Source of the DNA: Planctomycetota bacterium
Lineage (GTDB): Bacteria; Planctomycetota; UBA1135; UBA2386
Length of the DNA: 64,000 nt
Assembly (NCBI GenBank): GCA_965223545.1
Contig: OZ245006.1
Location: forward strand, 5,088,001-5,152,000
Direction of reading: 5' to 3'
Part shown: one piece after another, positions 58,102 through 64,000 of the stretch
Position numbering within the stretch: position 1 is the stretch's first letter
How the letters are laid out: each line of letters starts with the position of its first letter
Translations under genes and position numbers: made by a program
Notes under the pieces: model-generated
What the model was told of the DNA's origin: nothing
Database searches by the model: none
What the model saw: only the letters and a program-made list of their open reading frames with translations

Positions 58102-60207
58102 ATGCAACGCTACTCGACCAAACGGATTGGCGCGCGACGCCCGCCCTCGATCGCGCTCGCCTTGGGCTTGGCCACGTTGGCCGCGGCGCAGGATCCGCCG
58201 CCCCCGGTCGGCGGCTTCTCCGTCGCCGAAACGCTGTCGCTGCCACTCGGTTTTGCCGACGGCTACCGCACGTACGTCGACCTCCGCTATCCCGACCCCG
58301 CTGCCGTGGCGCCGCCGGCCACCGGCTGGCCGGCTCTTCTGCTGGTTCCGTCCTGGGGAGACAGCCGCCGCGGCCAGCGGTTGCCGGCGATCGAGTTCGC
58401 CGGGCGGGGCTACGTCACCATCTCGTACGATGTGCGCGGCCAGGGCGATACCCCGGGTCTCAATCCGACCGGCGGCGGCACCATCGTCGGTGGTCTGGAG
58501 AAGGGCGACATGGTCGAGGTGCTGCAATTCGCGGCGGCACGGCTGGGTCCGCTGTTGGACTTCGCGCGCCTGGCGGTGCGGGGAACGTCGCAGGGCGCGT
58601 CCCACAGCTGGGCGGCCGCGGCATGGAGTGGCAAGCCCCTGCTGGCCGCGCGCGGAGCGCACACGCACTTTCCGGTGATCACCGCGGTGTCGCCCGGAGC
58701 CTTCAACCCGGACATGGCGGAGACGATCGCGCCGGGTGGCGGCGCCGCCTTCTCCGGCCGGATGATCCTCAAATGGTTTCGGCCGGGGCCGCTGCTCGAG
58801 CCGGCGTTCCTCGCTGCCGGCCGCCAGGCGTTCCTCAATCAGGACTTCACCGCGTGGCGCGCGGCGATCTACACGCCTTGGCGCGATGACCCCGATCTGA
58901 TCGTGGACAGCACGGTGGCGGTGTACGCGCACAACGCGTGGTACGACTGGTGGGCGCCGGTCAACCCGATGGCGGCGGCGATCAACCGCATGCCAGCGGC
59001 GACACCGCGCCTGGTGCACGTGTCGACTGGCGAGCACGGCTCGCCGCTCAACGACCTCGAGCGCGCGACGCGGGAGGAGCAGGAGCGCCGCTGGTTCGAT
59101 CATTTGTTGAAAGGGCGCGCCGACGAGATCGCGCGGCTGCCGCGCTTCCAGCTCTCCATGCCACCCGCCGATCCCGCCGAATACCTGGCGATCGGTAGCG
59201 CTTGGCAGACGCGGCACTACGCGCAGTTCCCGGACACCGGCGCGACCGCGGCCAAAGTGTTCTACTTGGCGGCGGAAGAGAACCTCTCGAGCACCGCGCC
59301 CGCCGGGGCCGAGGCGACCGATCGAATCCGGCACCGCGTGCCCGCCGGCTACGGCCCGACGGCATGGCTGCAGACCAACAACGTCGCCAGCGCGGTCCTG
59401 GCGGATATCCCGCTCGACACGGTCGCGTATCGGTCTTCGGCCGTCACCGTCGAGACCGAGCTGGTCGGCGTGCCGACGCTCGACGTGCACATCGACTCGG
59501 CCGCCGCCAACCTGCAGCTGCACGCGGTGTTGTTCGACGAGTCTCCCAGCGGAGCACGGCGCTGGATCACGGACGGATTCGCGCTGTTGCGCGGCCGTAC
59601 CGGCGGTCCCCAGCAGCTGTCGATCGACTTCGCGGCGATGCAGTATCAGCTGCCGATCGGCCACCGTTGGTTGCTGGTCCTCGAGAACCACACCTATCGC
59701 CGGCCTCCGGGCCGCACCGACATGCACACGGTGCCGTACTTCGAGAGTTACGACATCGAGGTCGCGCACGACGCCGCGCGCCCTTCGCGCCTGGTATTGC
59801 CTCTGCGCGCCGCGGGTTTCTCCGGGCGGGCCGCCGTCGCGCGCCTGCCGATCTCGACGGGCGGCTCGATCGACATCGGTGTTCGCGGCGCGTCGTCGCG
59901 CGGTGGCTTGCTCTACGCTGCCCTGGTCAGCGCGTCGGGTACCGTTCCGGGCATTCCGCTGTTCGGCACGCAGGTGCCGATCAACTTCGACCCGCTGACG
60001 GCGGCGGGCCTGTCGGGGGGCGGCTTGGTGCGGGGCTTCGTCGGAGTGCTGGACGCCACCGGGCGCGGCGACGCGCAGCTGACTCTGCCGCCGGGCCTGG
60101 CGCCGCCGTCGGCAGTGGGCTCGGTGTTGTCGTTCGCCGCGATCGCGCTGAACAATGCATCGAGCATCACCGCCTCGGCGGCAAGCGACGTTCACCTCGT
60201 GTGGTGA
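58102..60207 (+). CDS. Secreted CocE/NonD (S15-like) alpha/beta hydrolase with extra C-terminal domain
   Basis: Signal peptide ending LAAAQ; GY....YDVRGQG, GTSQG nucleophile elbow, RWFDHLLKG, PepX_C-like ELVG.P...GHR; about 130-aa C-terminal appendage. Confidence 0.82.
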   Translation: MQRYSTKRIGARRPPSIALALGLATLAAAQDPPPPVGGFSVAETLSLPLGFADGYRTYVDLRYPDPAAVAPPATGWPALLLVPSWGDSRRGQRLPAIEFAGRGYVTISYDVRGQGDTPGLNPTGGGTIVGGLEKGDMVEVLQFAAARLGPLLDFARLAVRGTSQGASHSWAAAAWSGKPLLAARGAHTHFPVITAVSPGAFNPDMAETIAPGGGAAFSGRMILKWFRPGPLLEPAFLAAGRQAFLNQDFTAWRAAIYTPWRDDPDLIVDSTVAVYAHNAWYDWWAPVNPMAAAINRMPAATPRLVHVSTGEHGSPLNDLERATREEQERRWFDHLLKGRADEIARLPRFQLSMPPADPAEYLAIGSAWQTRHYAQFPDTGATAAKVFYLAAEENLSSTAPAGAEATDRIRHRVPAGYGPTAWLQTNNVASAVLADIPLDTVAYRSSAVTVETELVGVPTLDVHIDSAAANLQLHAVLFDESPSGARRWITDGFALLRGRTGGPQQLSIDFAAMQYQLPIGHRWLLVLENHTYRRPPGRTDMHTVPYFESYDIEVAHDAARPSRLVLPLRAAGFSGRAAVARLPISTGGSIDIGVRGASSRGGLLYAALVSASGTVPGIPLFGTQVPINFDPLTAAGLSGGGLVRGFVGVLDATGRGDAQLTLPPGLAPPSAVGSVLSFAAIALNNASSITASAASDVHLVW

Positions 60208-60223
60208 GCGAATGCAGCGCGCG

Positions 60224-61372
60224 TCAACGCACGGCGAGAGTAGTCTGCGCGTGGCTGGCGATCGCCTGACCGACGAGCGCGTAGCCGCGGCTGCTGAGGT
60301 GGCCGTCGGCGACGTAGTGTGGCTCCGCTCGGTCCTCGTTCTCTACGCCCAACATCGCGTGCGTCGACAGCAACTCGATCCCAGAGCGTCGTGCCACCGC
60401 GGTGTGGCAGGCCTGCACCGCAGGTTTGGCGAACGCGCCGCCGGGGTACGTCAGCAGCACCGGGATCGCGCCGGCGTCACGGCACAACTCGATGATGCGG
60501 TCGAGGTGGCGACCGAGAGTCGCGGCCGCCCGGTCGCCGGGGCCCGCGCGTCGGTGGGCGAGCTCCTCGCGCAGAGCGTGGTGTAGGTCGCCGGCTGCTG
60601 CAGCGCGGCGCGGTGCCTCGCGCGCGGTGTCGGGCGCGCCGCGCTGTAGTGTCAGACTGGTCGGCCACGCCTGCACGCGCATGCGCAGCTGATCGTTGTC
60701 GATGCTCCACTCGATCGGTTGGCGCCAACCGCTGTCGCCGACCACGAACAGGTCGCCATCCTCGAGCACCCACTGCCCGTCGACGCCGTCGAGCCAGAGC
60801 CGGCCGTCCTCGCCGAACCACACGACCGTGTCGCCGGTGTGCCAGGCGCCGGCGAACGGCGGTGCCGCCCGGTCGCCGTCGCCGCGCCACCAGTCCGCCA
60901 CCAACCGGGCGAAGCGGCGAGTGCGCCAGCGCCAGGGAAAGCCGTCGTCGCCGCCGGCCGCGCGCGCCGCGGCGAGTTCGTCGGGCGTCACCTCCGCTGG
61001 GTGTTGCCACAAGTCGTTGGTGCCGACCCAGACGTAGACCAGCGCGGGCCGGTGGCGGTTCAGCTGGCGCGGTAGTCGCAGCAAGACGTCGCGTGAGGTC
61101 TGTCCCGCCCAGCCGCCGTTGATGAAGCCGATCGGCCTGCCGGCGGCGGCGCAGGCGCGTTCGGCGACGGCGGGCCACGCGTCCTCGGTGGTGCTGGCGC
61201 CCAGGCCGTAGGTGAACGAGTCGCCGACGCAAAGCGCAGTGGGCCCGTCGCCGCCATCGGCGGCAGGCCCGGCACCGAGCCAAACGAACAGGGCGATCGC
61301 CTGCAGCGCGGCCTCGAACGCCGCCAGCGCGCCAGCGACCCCGAGGGTGACGAGCATCGTGCGCCGGCGCAT
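60224..61372 (-). CDS. Membrane-anchored SGNH/GDSL hydrolase
   Basis: N-terminal TM; CVGDSFTYG, NGGWAG, GTND, DGH. Confidence 0.85.
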   Translation of the reverse strand: MRRRTMLVTLGVAGALAAFEAALQAIALFVWLGAGPAADGGDGPTALCVGDSFTYGLGASTTEDAWPAVAERACAAAGRPIGFINGGWAGQTSRDVLLRLPRQLNRHRPALVYVWVGTNDLWQHPAEVTPDELAAARAAGGDDGFPWRWRTRRFARLVADWWRGDGDRAAPPFAGAWHTGDTVVWFGEDGRLWLDGVDGQWVLEDGDLFVVGDSGWRQPIEWSIDNDQLRMRVQAWPTSLTLQRGAPDTAREAPRRAAAAGDLHHALREELAHRRAGPGDRAAATLGRHLDRIIELCRDAGAIPVLLTYPGGAFAKPAVQACHTAVARRSGIELLSTHAMLGVENEDRAEPHYVADGHLSSRGYALVGQAIASHAQTTLAVR

Positions 61373-61480
61373 CACCGTCACTCTACGGCGGCGGTCCGCG
61401 GCCGCGACCGTTTCTCGACAACTGGGCGGCGGGGTCGACCTACCGTTGCAGCTCCGTGCTGGCGAGAGCTGGCGGTCATC

Positions 61481-63292
61481 GTGTCGTCGAACCAACCCCG
61501 AGGATTCCGTTGGACCGTGGTCGCACTGGTCTCCGGTGTGGCCCTGATCGCGGTCGTCGTCGTCGACGCGCAGCGGGCGCTCCGCGTCCACCGCGAGCGC
61601 GAGCTGTTGGCCGCGAGGGACGCCGCCGCTCGAGCGGCGCGCGCGCTCGCGGCGCAGTGGCACGATGCCGGCGCCTGGCGGACTTGGCCGCCGGCGGCGC
61701 GGTTCACCACGGCCGGCGACCGGCTCGCGATTCCGCCGGAGCTGCAGTGGGTCGAGCCCTCGCCCCGCGACGATTGGCGGCTGCGGCTCGATCCGGTGCT
61801 GGCGGCCAAGTTGAGCGAATGCGAGCGCGGGCGGCCGGGGGCAATCGCGGCGCTGCGCAAAGCGGCCGGGGAGCTGCCGCCGATGCTGCGGCTGTGGCTC
61901 GCCTGGGCGCTGCACCGCGGTGGCGACGCGCGCGGCCGTGATCAGCTGCTGGCGGGTGACCTGTCGCTGCCGACGGCGGAGGGGCGCGCATCCGCGCTCC
62001 TGCTCCGTGCTCTCGCCGGTTCGCCCCGTCCAGCCGGTCGCCCTCTGCGCACCACGCTCTGCCTGCTGCCGCGCTGGCACGCGCTCGCGATCCTCGATCG
62101 CATGCTCGCCGCCCGTGCGTTGACCGCCGGCGAGCGTTCCACTCTCGGTGCCGCCGTCGAGCACACCGCGACGCGGCGCGCACAGCTGGCCGAAGTCGAG
62201 ACCGCATTGCGCGCGGTCGCGCCGTTGACCGCGGCCATCACGGTGCGTGCGGTGCGCGGCAAGCTGCTATGGGTCGATCGCGAGCGTGGGCGCGGCGCGC
62301 TGGTCGACGCCGACACCGCGCTTGCCCTGGCGACCGAGATCGCGCGCGCCGAGAGTGGCCCCGCAGTCGATGTTCTCGCTCCGCAGGCTGCCGTCGACCG
62401 CAGCCCCGAGGGCACCGCGGTTGCCGTTCCCGGCTTGCTCACCATGGCGCCGGCCGCGACCGTCGCGACCGCTCGCTTCGACGGGCCAGTGGGGTGGGCG
62501 TTGTTGGTCGTCGCCCTGGCGTGTCTGTGCGGCTCGGCCACTCTGTTGGCGGCGCGCGCAGTACGGCGCGAGACCGAAGCGTCGCGGTTGCGAGCGGAGT
62601 TCGTGACGCTGGTAACACACGAGCTGAAGACTCCGCTGGCGGGGATCCGCTTGATCGCCGAGCTTCTCGTCGAGCAGCGCGTCGGCATCAGCGAGCGCTC
62701 GGTCTGGTTGCAGCGGTTGCGTGGCGAAGCCGGGCGCCTGGGGCTGTTGATCGAGAACGTGCTGGACTTGGGGCGCGGCGAGCGCGGCGAGCTGGCGTGC
62801 GACGTGCGGCGCCACGACCTGGTCGCCGTGGTGCGCGACGCGGTGGAGCTGCTGGAGTCGCTCGCCGCGCGGGATGGCTTGCGCCTCGAGCTCACCGCGC
62901 CGGAGGAGCCGATGTGGAGCGAGGTCGACCGCAACGCCATGCTGCAGGTCTTGCTCAACTTGTTGGACAACGCGCTGAAGTACGCCGCCGACGGCGGCCT
63001 CGTCACCCTCGATCTGTGGCCCTGCCGCGGCCGTGGCCATCTGATCCGCATCCGCGATCGAGGACCGGGCATCGCGCCGGGGGATCGGGAGCGAGTGTTC
63101 GAGCGCTTCGTCCGCGGTCCGGGCAGCGCGAGCGGGACACCGCCGGGGGTCGGTCTCGGCCTGCACCTGGCCCGCGCGATCGCCGCGCGGCACGGCGGGA
63201 CGTTGCGGTTGGTCGACACGTTCGACGGTGGTCCGGGCGCGTGCTTCGAGCTGTCGGTGCCGGCCGCGCCGCCGGCGGAGGCGATCGCGTGA
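61481..63292 (+). CDS. Sensor histidine kinase
   Basis: Two TM segments; THELKTPL H-box, NLLDNALKY, DRGPGI, F.RF, GVGLGL. Confidence 0.93.
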   Translation: MSSNQPRGFRWTVVALVSGVALIAVVVVDAQRALRVHRERELLAARDAAARAARALAAQWHDAGAWRTWPPAARFTTAGDRLAIPPELQWVEPSPRDDWRLRLDPVLAAKLSECERGRPGAIAALRKAAGELPPMLRLWLAWALHRGGDARGRDQLLAGDLSLPTAEGRASALLLRALAGSPRPAGRPLRTTLCLLPRWHALAILDRMLAARALTAGERSTLGAAVEHTATRRAQLAEVETALRAVAPLTAAITVRAVRGKLLWVDRERGRGALVDADTALALATEIARAESGPAVDVLAPQAAVDRSPEGTAVAVPGLLTMAPAATVATARFDGPVGWALLVVALACLCGSATLLAARAVRRETEASRLRAEFVTLVTHELKTPLAGIRLIAELLVEQRVGISERSVWLQRLRGEAGRLGLLIENVLDLGRGERGELACDVRRHDLVAVVRDAVELLESLAARDGLRLELTAPEEPMWSEVDRNAMLQVLLNLLDNALKYAADGGLVTLDLWPCRGRGHLIRIRDRGPGIAPGDRERVFERFVRGPGSASGTPPGVGLGLHLARAIAARHGGTLRLVDTFDGGPGACFELSVPAAPPAEAIA

Positions 63293-63987
63293 CGCGGGCG
63301 CGGTTGTTGGTGATCGAGGACGACGCCACTCTGCGCGATGGTCTGCGCGCCGCGCTGCGCAGCGAGGACTTCGAAGTGCACACCGCGTCGGACGGCGAGG
63401 CTGGTGCCCGACGGCTGGCGGAGGAGCAGTTCGATCTGGTGCTGCTCGATCTGATGCTGCCACGGCGCAGTGGGCTCGACGTGCTCCGCGGTCTGCGCGC
63501 GCGCGACACCGACACTCCGGTCCTGATCCTCACCGCGCGGGGTGAGGAGTCCGACAAGGTGCTCGGCCTCGAGCTCGGCGCCGATGACTACGTCACCAAG
63601 CCGTTCGGCATCCGCGAGCTCGTCGCCCGCGTGCGCGTGCAGCTGCGCCGGGGGCGCAAGGCTGTCGATGATGCACCGGCGCCGTTTCGCCTCGGCGATC
63701 GGAAGATCGATCTGGCAGCGTATCGGATCCTGCATGAGGACGGTGGCGAGCGCGCGTTGTCGCCCCGCGAAGCCGGCATCCTCGGACTCCTGTATCGGGC
63801 CCGCGGGCGGGCGGTGTCGCGCGCCGAGATCCTCGATGCCGTCTGGGGCAGTGGTCGCTACGTGTCCAACCGCGGCATCGACACCCACGTGCTGCACCTG
63901 CGGCAGAAGGTCGAGGCCGACCCGCGCCGGCCGCGCTTCCTGCTGACGGTGCACGGCGTCGGCTACCGCCTCGACCTCGATGCGTGA
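63289..63987 (+). CDS. OmpR/PhoB-family response regulator
   Basis: GTGA overlap with the kinase; IEDD, LLDLMLP, LTA, GADDYVTKPF, winged helix ending TVHGVGY. Confidence 0.95.
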   Translation: MTRARLLVIEDDATLRDGLRAALRSEDFEVHTASDGEAGARRLAEEQFDLVLLDLMLPRRSGLDVLRGLRARDTDTPVLILTARGEESDKVLGLELGADDYVTKPFGIRELVARVRVQLRRGRKAVDDAPAPFRLGDRKIDLAAYRILHEDGGERALSPREAGILGLLYRARGRAVSRAEILDAVWGSGRYVSNRGIDTHVLHLRQKVEADPRRPRFLLTVHGVGYRLDLDA

Positions 63988-64000
63988 GGCGCCGGTGATC

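Overview
A 64-kb, very GC-rich bacterial chromosomal segment. The gene content suggests Planctomycetota (inference, not a database result): membrane-anchored ECF sigma fusions, a prenyltransferase-barrel secreted protein, and Kelch and CocE proteins with extra C-terminal domains. Most genes are housekeeping (pruA, tandem thyX, trxB, a Leu/Val dehydrogenase, a Na/Pi symporter with PhoU-like gene, kbl, map, yidC, rsfS, hppA, dedA, an HDAC-family gene, a two-component pair), interspersed with secreted or surface proteins. Highlights: (1) An IS110-family element (47755-49574). Its ends, duplicated CAA core and target site can be read from the sequence, its upstream non-coding region folds into a bridge-RNA-like hairpin whose loop matches its own target, and its recombinase has Thr where the catalytic Ser is expected. 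It sits in a less GC-biased islet of about 6.6 kb. (2) Three ECF sigma factors fused through a hydrophobic helix to long beta-rich repeat arrays. (3) A minor-pilin operon with a roughly 1100-aa prepilin and two PilX-like paralogs that share a conserved N-half and divergent C-half. (4) An archaeal/eukaryotic-type (type II) methionine aminopeptidase. (5) Probable non-canonical starts (ATC for rsfS, CTG for a pilX paralog) and several leaderless-type genes. (6) A frameshifted 114-bp relic of a DUF2723-like gene. No rRNA, tRNA or CRISPR array was recognised. Start codons were re-picked by eye and are approximate, and product names rest on motif recognition only.
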